NCBI GenBank assembly: GCA_048772705.1
Contig: JBLWGC010000213.1
Coordinates: forward strand, 62,001-126,000
Reading direction: 5' to 3'
Origin: Leidyana gryllorum EB-2025a
Taxonomy: Eukaryota; Protista; Apicomplexa
Length of the DNA: 64,000 nt
A program made the position numbers and the translations under genes. Below, piece after piece: positions 11,701 to 20,918 of this stretch. Each line of letters starts with the position of its first letter. Within the stretch, counting starts at the first letter, position 1. The notes under the pieces are model-generated. The model was not told where the DNA came from, ran no database searches, and saw nothing but the letters and a program-made list of their open reading frames with translations.

Positions 11701-12666
11701 CAGCTCTGCAGCATCTGAGCTGTATTTTGAGCCCCTGGAAGGAGGAACCAAGTTGTGATGCGGTCAAGTACATGGTACAGTGTGTTGCCAACGATACCGC
11801 GGCCCCAACGTTCGAAGCTAAGTGTCGTGCAGTGCGGAAGTTGTTGGGCGAGCCATTGGTGGAGCCTTACGCATACCAACTTTGGTACTGGTTACAGACT
11901 CTGCAGCGCGATATGCTACACATCGATAGTGGGAAGCGCTCAACCGCTCAAGAATCAGTGATGCTCTTCGCAAATCACTCTGGTTTGGTCAACGAGTCAG
12001 GCGGAGTGCTCCTTAGACATGATGATTGGCAGCGAATTCCCCGCTATTGGAATCTGATACATAAAATAAAGCGGACCGAGTTGCTGCTCGGGAGCAAGGA
12101 GCAAATCGGGTTTGTGCGCGAGGTGATCCCAGGTTTCAGCCCATCTGGACCCCCTTCACCCTGCCCTCAACTTCCGATCGTTGAGTCCTGCTGTCGTACA
12201 TCCGCGGGACTCGCACCATGGTATCATCAATTTCTGCACGATCTTCGACGTTTTGCGGCCGTCGGTGGAGAGCGAGGGCGGCCTCTGGCGAAGGCGTCCT
12301 TGGCAATCTTTCTGGGACACTATCCCAAGGAGGTAACCAGTCGTCACGTGCAGCTCGACCTGCCATGGAGCGTGCTGTGGCTGCATGGATACCCGCCCCC
12401 AAATGCCACACACCCGGGTCAGAACGATCTCCAGCTGCCTGTGACTCATGCAGATTGCGTGGGTTATAAGGGCATGTGCAGAGTAACCTTTGACGCCACT
12501 CGTTTGGCACAATGGTACGCTATTTCGTGTAATTCATCATTTATTTGGCATTCGTAGGCCTAACTTCCAGGCCAATCGCCTCCGCAATGGTGCGGGGGAA
12601 ACGCGTAAGCGAAGTTTAGAAGACGAGAGGGCCTCGTCAGATGCCGTGAGACAGAAGACTTATTGA
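8757..12666 (+). CDS. Unknown tandem-array family, member 2 (exons 8757-12514, 12558-12666)
   Basis: MKPL start is homologous to members 3-5 (an in-frame upstream ATG at 8688 is also possible). A 43-nt phase-2 intron at 12515-12557 (GTACGC...TTCGTAG) joins the tail WPNFQANRLRNGAGETRKRSLEDERASSDAVRQKTY*. Confidence 0.85.
9264..9431 (+). repeat. Coding tandem repeat, 4 x 42 bp (AVGTQSVHWGPQQ[E/G])
   Basis: Four near-identical copies of gcggtgggcactcagtctgtgcattgggg...caacaagRa. Confidence 0.95.
10706..11081 (+). repeat. Near-identical intragenic cassette, copy A (shared with 14758-15119 and 18807-19129)
   Basis: Encodes DAVLKQLLHSPLTVKADGLVTLVNEDFWVGKSPDTEEGSNVLGLPVDRV...HPVRTKIFWCYLDRL. By-eye comparison finds 1 mismatch against each other copy over the shared span. 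Confidence 0.92.
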
Positions 12667-12680
12667 ACTTAGATCACCTC

Positions 12681-12760
12681 AATTCAGCCATGAGTGCTAT
12701 TCGAACTGATTGAATGCAATGATACTGCAATTCGGTTTCGATGCGACTTGACAACACACA
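12681..12760 (+). promoter_or_regulatory. Conserved non-coding block upstream of member 3 (homologous blocks at ~16803-16890 and ~20801-20860)
   Basis: tcagc(c/a)at(g/c)agtgctattc...atgata(c/g)tg.aa.tcgg recurs upstream of members 3, 4 and 5; atgcgacttgac is shared by 3 and 4. Regulatory function is inferred. Confidence 0.5.
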
Positions 12761-12877
12761 TTGCTCTCTGTTCCCCCAAAGTTGTGAAAAGTGAGTGATG
12801 GAGCTCGACGTAGAATAGGACCATTTGGACTGATTTGAGTGTTTGTGTGAGTGTTTGTGTGATATTTTTTTGGCCCC

Positions 12878-15800
12878 ATGAAACCGTTGGTGCGCCCCCG
12901 ACGCAGCGGGCAACGACCTGTGCCTTTGGTAACGCTCACCGAAACGCTTTTGTGCAGCAGCATTCCGCCATTTGGCCTTCAATCTGCAAACGGCCACACC
13001 GACCCGAATTTGTGGAATACGAGCGACCCGGCAGAGTTTGGCCACAATGCGGCTCTACAGACGGTCGACCATTCAGGAATTCCCACTCAATGGGTCACTG
13101 CTCCGCGGAATGTACCGCTTGCCAATCAATGGCAACAGGGCGCACCGTTCGGGCCCAATCAATGGCAACCGGGCGCACCGTTCGGGCCCAATCAATGGCA
13201 ACAGGGCGCACCGTTCAGGCCCGATCAATGGCAACAGGTGGCAACAGTCGGGCTTAATCAATGCCAACAGGGCGCACCGTTCGGGCCCAATCAATGGCAA
13301 CAGGGGGCACCGGTCGGCCGCAATGACTGCCAACAGGTGGCACCGGTCGCCCCGAATGAATTGGGTGTACAGTACGCCAATTTTGCGCAACCCGCACGAA
13401 ACTCAACTCCCTATGGCCTCTCTGACGTTCCCGTTTATGACAGTGATGCGAATTTGGATTGGTTGGACCAACTGGTGGATGAACGTTTGGGAGAGTGTTT
13501 CCCAAATGCGTCAGCAACGCAGCTCCAGGCTGAGGTCCCCTCGGCAGCAGTGGCTGGTCCCTCCAACAGTTCGACAGAGCGGGCGGTGGGCACTCAGACC
13601 ACCCATTGGGCCCCGCCACCGGGTGACGTTTTAACGAATGTGCGGGCAGTGGAGGGCCACCCATCATCGGGAGCAGTCCAGGAGTTCCCTCAATTCGGCA
13701 GTCCACAAAGCCACAGTGGGAATCGGACGATGATTGCCAGACATCCGCAAGTTTCAAAATCCATCCAGGCTGTTCCCCAAGCGACTGCACAAACACAAGT
13801 GCCGATCAGCGATAATTCATTGACGGCAGAGTTGTTGGATACGCCAATCGTCCATGCTGCTCCAAGAAGTGGCGGGAGTGACACACGAACCGAAGCACTT
13901 TGTTGTGTGCCGGCCGTCTCCAAGACTTTGTCATCACAGGGCAGCGCCAGCACGACCCAAGGAGTAGGCAATGGTGAGGGCAGCATGGCGGCTCCGATGA
14001 TGCAGGAGGGGAGCAGTGTGCTTTCGCGAGGCGAAATTCAGCGTATGCCGTACATTCCGAAACGTTTGGTCGAAGGCAGAATTGTTTCTGAAATACTCCG
14101 TCCTTACATTGCCGCGAAGGAGACCCGAGATGTCGCTATGTGGCTGAGTGAAGATCTAGCCCGTCTGCTGAGGTGCACGTCGAGCGAAAAGCGTATTATT
14201 CACCTACATCAGCGATTGGAGGGCAATCCTGAGTATCTCCCCTTCGCATATGTCTTGTGGTACATGCTCAACGCCCTGCGCCCGATATCCCACAGAGTCT
14301 CAGTGAGAGATAGCGAACTCTACCTGAGGCACACCCCCCTCTCGAGATTGACCCGAGGCCTCGCTGTCTTCAAAGAAGGATCGGATGTCCATATTCTGGA
14401 AGCCTTCCAGACAAATACTGCGCGTCGTACATATTTCGGAATGACATTCCGCGAACTGAACGACACACCCTCAAAACTCACAGTCCTCCCGATCGAGTGC
14501 ATACCGCGCGAACAGCAGTTGAAGATCGCCAAGCTCGTCTGCAACGTTTCTCTACACGACTCCGAGGAGGCCCAGAAAGCTGTGCTGAGGCACGTCCTCC
14601 CTTATAGGGATTGGACCCATGTCAAACTGGTCCAGTTCCCTTCAGGCACCGATTTGCGCTGTGAAGGAATCAGTGCATCAAACCTACAATTCCGCTGGTT
14701 CTTTCGATTCATATCCGAAATTCTGCGAGGCCTCCAGACCTCCCATGAGCCATCCCTGGGTGATGCAGTGCTCAAACAGCTTCTTCACTCCCCCCTGACG
14801 GTGAAGGCGGACGGCCTGGTGACACTTGTCAATGAAGACTTTTGGGTCGGGAAGTCCCCCGACACAGAAGAGGGGAGTAATGTATTGGGTCTCCCAGTTG
14901 ACCGAGTCAAGAAGGTCGCTGACAACTCATGGGAGGTGACGATGCGGAGGGAAGATTTGGTTTCTTGGAATCTGGATGTTGGGGCAAAGCTGCAGACGCC
15001 TATGAAAGCTTTGGTGGAAAGTCAAGCGACATTTCCGAGGGCTATCGCACCGCCATTCCGCGATGAGTTGTTGCGACTGGCCAAAACCCATCCAGTTCGC
15101 ACCAAGATCTTCTGGTGTTTCCTTGATCGGGTCATTAGGGATTCGGCACGGGGTGTGACTCATTCGGACATGTGGAAGCTGTGGTTTTTGATTGAGAACC
15201 ATCCCGAGTTGCAGCCCTTGGGAACTCACCTCTATCAATGGCTGCAAGCCTTCTATCACGAAAAGATGGTCTCTTCGCAAGGAAGTTCACACACCTGGAT
15301 TGAAAACGGTCGGAAACACACACTCACTGTTGTCCATCAGGGACTCCCGCCCAGCCTGGACAGCTCCGAGCCCAACTGGACTGAAAGATACGTGATGTTC
15401 GGCGAAGTTCTGTACAGACCTTCGCCGAAGGACTTTATCCCAGCTAATGTTCATTTGCGCAGCCTGGGCCCCCTTGGCATGCTGAGCGCTGCATTGACCG
15501 ATGTGCAGAGCGGACGCATTTCATTGGCGACATTGAAAAGATTGGTGCCTTTCATCGATTGGAAGGATGAGAATGGATCCGAGGGTGTGGCGGATAGCAC
15601 GCTTCTGGCCTCCACCGGTGGCGGAGACACACTCACAGAGACTGAAACGCGTCCCACGCCCTCAGAAACGCTGCCGGGAGTTTCGATCGATCCTGCCTCG
15701 ACCCCTATGACTCTTCCAGTCCGCACAGAACTGATTTTGCCATGTGGCAACACAGCTCTGCAGCATTTGGACTGTGTCTTGAGCCCCTGGGAGGATGACT

Positions 15801-16712
15801 CAATGTGTTGTGCGGTCAAATACCGGGTACAGTGTGCTGCGAACGACACAGCGGCCCCAACGCTGGAAGCTAAATGTCGTGCAGTCCGGAAGTTGTTGGC
15901 TGAGCCATTCGTGCATCCTTACGCATACCAACTTTGGTACTGGTTGCACACTTTGCAGCGCGATCTGCCACATATTGATAATTCTCATCGCTCACCACTT
16001 CAAGAATCAATCATGGTTTTCGCCAATCGTTATGGTTTGATCAACGAGCGGGGCACAGTGCTCCTCAGACGTGATGATCAGCGGCTAACTGTCCCACATT
16101 GGGATCTGCTTTATAAAGTAAACGACGCAACGTTGATGCTCACGGCCGATGAACAATTAGCGTTACTCCGCGATGTGATTCCAGGATTCGCACCGCAAAA
16201 ACCTCCGAGATGGACCCCACCAACAAGCGTGAACCCGTGCTGTCGTTCATTGAAGGCACGTGAATCATGGTATCATCAGTTTATGGACGATCTTCGAAGC
16301 TATCTGGCCGTTGGTCAACACCAAGGATCACCTGTGGCGGAAGCATTGAGGTCAATCTTTCTGGGAGGCTATCGCCGGCAGATAACGGCTCGTACGGTGC
16401 GGATCGACCTGCCTTGGAGAGCTCTGTGGCTTCACGGACTGCCACCCGAAGGGGCAAACCACCCGCAACAGAACAATCTCAACCTTCCCGTGGCAGGAGC
16501 AGAACTTTTAAGATTTGACACATGGAGGGTGATGTTCAAGGCGTCCAGCTTGGCAAAATGGTATGCTTTTCAGCTAAACTCATCACTTCTTTTGCCTTCG
16601 CAGGCCCCACACCCAATTCCATCGCCTTCTCAATGGCGGTCAGGGATCGCGTAAGCGAAGTTTAGAATGCGAGAGTACCTTCTCAAATCCCATGAGACAG
16701 AGGACTCATTGA
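12878..16712 (+). CDS. Unknown tandem-array family, member 3 (exons 12878-16560, 16604-16712)
   Basis: 1258-aa ORF. A 43-nt phase-2 intron at 16561-16603 (GTATGC...TTCGCAG) joins the tail WPHTQFHRLLNGGQGSRKRSLECESTFSNPMRQRTH*. Confidence 0.87.
13127..13357 (+). repeat. Coding tandem repeat, 7 x 33 bp (QWQQGAPFGPN consensus)
   Basis: Seven degenerate copies of caatggcaacagggcgcaccgttcgggcccaat. Confidence 0.92.
14758..15119 (+). repeat. Near-identical intragenic cassette, copy B
   Basis: Matches 10706-11067 over 362 bp with one difference seen (ATG vs ATA codon). Confidence 0.92.
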
Positions 16713-17008
16713 AAACCACTCATTGCACACATTTCATTTTGGAGAAGTCCGCCCATTGTTCTGGCCGTGTTCTTATTTCAGTTAATAGTCTCACCTGACA
16801 CCAAATCAGCAATGAGTGCTATTCGACGTGGTTCTATCAAATGATAGTGGAACTCGGCTTCGATGCGACTTGACGACGCATATTGCTCTGTCGATCCACC
16901 CAAAAAGTAGCACTCGCCCCAAACTGGTGAAGAGTGAGTGATGGGGCTCGACCAAAGATAGGACCATTGGACTGAGTTTGAGTGTTTCTGTGCCAATTTT
17001 TGGATTCC

Positions 17009-20000
17009 ATGAAACCATTGCTGCGCCCACGACGCAGCGGGCAACGACCTGTGCCTTTGGCAACGCTCACCGAAACGCTTTTGTGCAGCAACATTCCGCC
17101 ATTTGGCCTCCAACCTACAGACGGCCACACCGACCCGAATTTGTGGAGTACGAGCGACCCGGCAGAGTTTGGCCACAACGCGGCTCCACCGACGGTCGAC
17201 TACACGGGAACGGCCACTCAATGGGTCACTGCTCCGCAGAATGTACCGCTTGCCGATCAATGGCAACAGGTGACAACGGTCGCGACGAATCCCGCTCCCT
17301 ATGGCCTCTCTGACGTCCCGGTTGAACACAGTGATATCGATCTGGATTGGGTGATGCAACAGGTGGATGAATGTCTGAGACAGCGCTTCCCAGACGGGTC
17401 AGTGACACCGATTCTGGATGAGCTCATTCCGCCAGTGGTAACTGCCCCCGCCACCACTGTGACAGAAGAAGCGGTGGACACTCAGTCAGCCCCGCAACAA
17501 GAAAACACTTGGGGGGCAATGAGTGAAGCTTTAGGGGTTGTGTGGGGAGATAACGGGTACTCACCGCTTGGGGAGGTCGAGGATTTACCTCATCTTGGCA
17601 GTCTACAAAGCCACTCATACGTCACGCGAGATTGTCCGATGAATCCCGATGCGACTCTGGAGACTGTGCCAACTGCACCGATCCCAAGTTACACTCAGAC
17701 TGTTCCCCAAATGGCCGCGCCGACGCATCTGGCGGACAGCAGTTACTGGCCGACGCCAGAGGGGTCGGATTTGGGAAACATCGTCGGAGGGTCCGACGTT
17801 CTGACCCAACGCGGAGGTGAAGACGTGATCAGTGCTGCAACGTCTCACGAGGCGACTGTCACAGCTGGTCCCAGTGCCATCGCGAGTGGCAAACGGATCG
17901 AAACAGTCGAAGCTGTGTCCTCCACTCTCACCCCTTCGCCACCACAGAGCCGTCCCAAAACCGTGGGAACAGCCGCCCCCCCACAAGCACAGGCAGAGGC
18001 GATCAGTGTGAGTGGTCAACCAAGGCAATACAAGCCCCTCGATCTGCACGTTACAGATCGTTTCATCGGGTCTGTAGTCCTTACAGAGATGCTCAAACCT
18101 TACATTCGCGTCGAGGAGATTCGAGATGTTGCCACGAGGTTGAGGAACAGTCTGCTCGGACTACTCGAGGTGTCAGCGGCTGATAGGCGCGTTAATACTC
18201 TTTGGAAGCTATTGGAGACAGACCCGGAGTTTCTCCCCTTCGCATATCTCATGTGGTACTTTGTCAATACTCTGAGACCATTCTCCCACAAAATCAGTGT
18301 GATAGACGGCGAAATGCATCTGAGGGGTAAGGCGGTGTCACGACTCCAGCGAAGCGTTGGTGCTTGGAGGTCGGGACCGTGGGTCAATTTCTTAGAAGTC
18401 TTCCAGCCCGAAAATGGACATCGTACGTATTTCGGGATGACAGTGCGTCGATCTGTTGAGGTGGAGCCAACAGCCGCAGACATCTGCACCAAGAACGGCG
18501 CGGGCATATCTGCAGCAGAGCAGTTGAAGATCGCCCAGCTCGTGTGCAAAGCCTCTCTGACGGACTCTGTGGAAGACCAGAAGACTCTGCTTAGTTACGT
18601 TCTCCCTTGCAGGGATTGGAAACGGGTCAAATTGGTCAAATTACCTCCGGACCAACGTGTGCGGTGCCAAGGAATGAGTGCATCAAACCTTCAATTCGAG
18701 TGGTTCTGTCGATTCCTATGCGACGTGATCGTAGTCAGCCGGGTCTCCAAGCACGCCGCAGAACTGGTCGAACAGCTTCTTCACTTCCCCCTGACGGTGA
18801 GGTTGAACGGCCTGGTGACACTTGTCAATGAGGACTTTTGGGTCGGGAAGTCCCCCGACACAGAAGAGGGGAGTAATGTATTGGGTCTCCCAGTTGACCG
18901 AGTCAAGAAGGTCGCTGACAACTCATGGGAGGTGACGATACGGAGGGAAGATTTGGTTTCTTGGAATCTGGATGTTGGGGCAAAGCTGCAGACGCCTATG
19001 AAAGCTTTGGTGGAAAGTCAAGCGACATTTCCGAGGGCTATCGCACCGCCATTCCGCGATGAGTTGTTGCGACTGGCCAAAACCCATCCAGTTCGCACCA
19101 AGATCTTCTGGTGTTACCTCGATCGGCTCGTCAAGTCTCGGGAAGGTCTTATGTCAATATCGGACATGGCGGAAATCTGGTCAGCGCTCGAGAAGCATCC
19201 GGAATTGCGACCTTTGGGACCTCATTTGTACCTATGGTTGCAAACCTTCTTCTATGAAAAGTTGAAAACTTGGCAAGGAGTCAAACACTCGTGGACTGAG
19301 GATCATTGGAGAAATACACTCTCTGTGTTCTATCTGGACACCACTCCACCTCGCGGGACTGCTCTGGCCGGCTACAACGGAAAGTATGTGTTGTTCGGCC
19401 GAGTCTGCCCGACAGGAAGGGCTGCCATGAACGTTCCCGATACAGTTCGCGATGGCAGTCTCGGCTGTCGTCAGACGTTGAATGCTGCGTTGCGCAATGT
19501 GCAGAACAGATCCATTTCATTGGCCACAATGAAATTAGTCGTTCCGTTCATCAATTGGGAGGATGCATTTAGCTCAGAGGGTGTGGCTGATAGCACTGTT
19601 ACGGCCTCAACCAGCGTCGGAAACACACTCACAGAGAGTGAGACGCTCCCCACACCCTCAGAAACGGTGACCGATGCGCTGCTGGAAGTTGGGGTTGATG
19701 CTACCCCGATATCTGGTGGTGTATGTTTACAATCCTCAGACAGTCAGTTGCACTGTGAAGATACACCCCTGCAGCATCTAAACTGTATCTTGAGCCCCTG
19801 GGAGGCGGATGAAACGATTAGTGCGCTCAAGTACATGGTATGGTCCGTTACGAACGACATCGCGGCCCCAACGCTGGAAGCTAAATGTCGTGCAGTGCGG
19901 AAGTTGTTGGCTGAGCCATTGGTGGAGCCTTACGCGTACCAACTTTGGTACTGGTTGCAAACTCTGCATCGCGATCTGCCACATATTGGTTGGCAGAGGC

Positions 20001-20731
20001 GCTCAAGTGGTCCAGAACCACTGTTCATTTTTGCCAATCACTTTGGTACAGTCAACGAACGGGGCACATTGCTTACGGATCATGACAATTGGCAGCAAAG
20101 TGTCCAGTGCGCGAAACTGGCTGATCGAATAAAGACGGCCTCGTTGATGCTCACGGCCGATGATCAAAGAGCGTTACTCCGCGATGTGATTCCAGGATTC
20201 ACACCGCAAAAACCTCTGAAATGGACCCCACCAACAGACCTGAAGCCGTGCTGTCATTCTACCAAGGGACTTGGATCATGGCATCATCGGTTTATGGAGG
20301 ATCTTCGAAGCTTTGCGGCCATCGCCCGAGAGCGAGGGCAGCCTGTGTCGGCATCGTTAATGGCAATCTTTTCCGGACAGTATTCGTATCGGGTAACCAA
20401 GCAATCTTTGCAAGTCGATTTGCCATGGAGCGCGCTGTGGTCCAACAACACACCAGACGAAGATGCTACACACCCGCGTGAGAACAATCTCGGCCTCCCT
20501 GTTCACAAGGCGAAACTCATAGGAAGGGAGTGGTGGAGAGTAACGTTTGATGCCAGTCGTTTAATACATTGGTACGCTATCTACTTGAAAAAGCGTTCAT
20601 CATTACTGTCCATTATTCGTAGGCCCAAATTCCAATGCGATCTCATACTGCATGGCCCTAAGGAAACGCGTAAGCGTCCTTCAGAAGGCGAAAGCACCTC
20701 CTCAGATGCCGTGAGACAGAAGACTCATTAA
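17009..20731 (+). CDS. Unknown tandem-array family, member 4 (probable exons 17009-20571, 20623-20731)
   Basis: MKPLLRPRR start at 17009. The homologous intron 20572-20622 is 51 nt, in frame and stop-free, so the ORF reads through it. Tail WPKFQCDLILHGPKETRKRPSEGESTSSDAVRQKTH*. Confidence 0.87.
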   Translation: MKPLLRPRRSGQRPVPLATLTETLLCSNIPPFGLQPTDGHTDPNLWSTSDPAEFGHNAAPPTVDYTGTATQWVTAPQNVPLADQWQQVTTVATNPAPYGLSDVPVEHSDIDLDWVMQQVDECLRQRFPDGSVTPILDELIPPVVTAPATTVTEEAVDTQSAPQQENTWGAMSEALGVVWGDNGYSPLGEVEDLPHLGSLQSHSYVTRDCPMNPDATLETVPTAPIPSYTQTVPQMAAPTHLADSSYWPTPEGSDLGNIVGGSDVLTQRGGEDVISAATSHEATVTAGPSAIASGKRIETVEAVSSTLTPSPPQSRPKTVGTAAPPQAQAEAISVSGQPRQYKPLDLHVTDRFIGSVVLTEMLKPYIRVEEIRDVATRLRNSLLGLLEVSAADRRVNTLWKLLETDPEFLPFAYLMWYFVNTLRPFSHKISVIDGEMHLRGKAVSRLQRSVGAWRSGPWVNFLEVFQPENGHRTYFGMTVRRSVEVEPTAADICTKNGAGISAAEQLKIAQLVCKASLTDSVEDQKTLLSYVLPCRDWKRVKLVKLPPDQRVRCQGMSASNLQFEWFCRFLCDVIVVSRVSKHAAELVEQLLHFPLTVRLNGLVTLVNEDFWVGKSPDTEEGSNVLGLPVDRVKKVADNSWEVTIRREDLVSWNLDVGAKLQTPMKALVESQATFPRAIAPPFRDELLRLAKTHPVRTKIFWCYLDRLVKSREGLMSISDMAEIWSALEKHPELRPLGPHLYLWLQTFFYEKLKTWQGVKHSWTEDHWRNTLSVFYLDTTPPRGTALAGYNGKYVLFGRVCPTGRAAMNVPDTVRDGSLGCRQTLNAALRNVQNRSISLATMKLVVPFINWEDAFSSEGVADSTVTASTSVGNTLTESETLPTPSETVTDALLEVGVDATPISGGVCLQSSDSQLHCEDTPLQHLNCILSPWEADETISALKYMVWSVTNDIAAPTLEAKCRAVRKLLAEPLVEPYAYQLWYWLQTLHRDLPHIGWQRRSSGPEPLFIFANHFGTVNERGTLLTDHDNWQQSVQCAKLADRIKTASLMLTADDQRALLRDVIPGFTPQKPLKWTPPTDLKPCCHSTKGLGSWHHRFMEDLRSFAAIARERGQPVSASLMAIFSGQYSYRVTKQSLQVDLPWSALWSNNTPDEDATHPRENNLGLPVHKAKLIGREWWRVTFDASRLIHWYAIYLKKRSSLLSIIRRPKFQCDLILHGPKETRKRPSEGESTSSDAVRQKTH
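18807..19129 (+). repeat. Near-identical intragenic cassette, copy C
   Basis: Matches 10759-11081 over 323 bp with one synonymous difference seen (GAA/GAG). Confidence 0.92.
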
Positions 20732-20918
20732 ACTTACATTTTTCGAGAAATCCACCCATTAATCACAGTGACAGTGACAGACAGTCTCAACTCGCACCCT
20801 AATTCAGCAATCAGTGCTATTCAAACTGTTTTTATGCAATGATAGTGCAAGTCGGTCGACGAACGATAGGATTGCTGGAAGTGGGTCTGAGTGGGTGTGT
20901 GATAATTTTTTGGACTCC

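Noticed and set aside
12541-12666. Programmed frameshift or pseudogenising indel near the 3' ends of members 2 and 3
   Set aside because: A canonical GT-AG intron at the same codon position in four paralogs explains the frame change.
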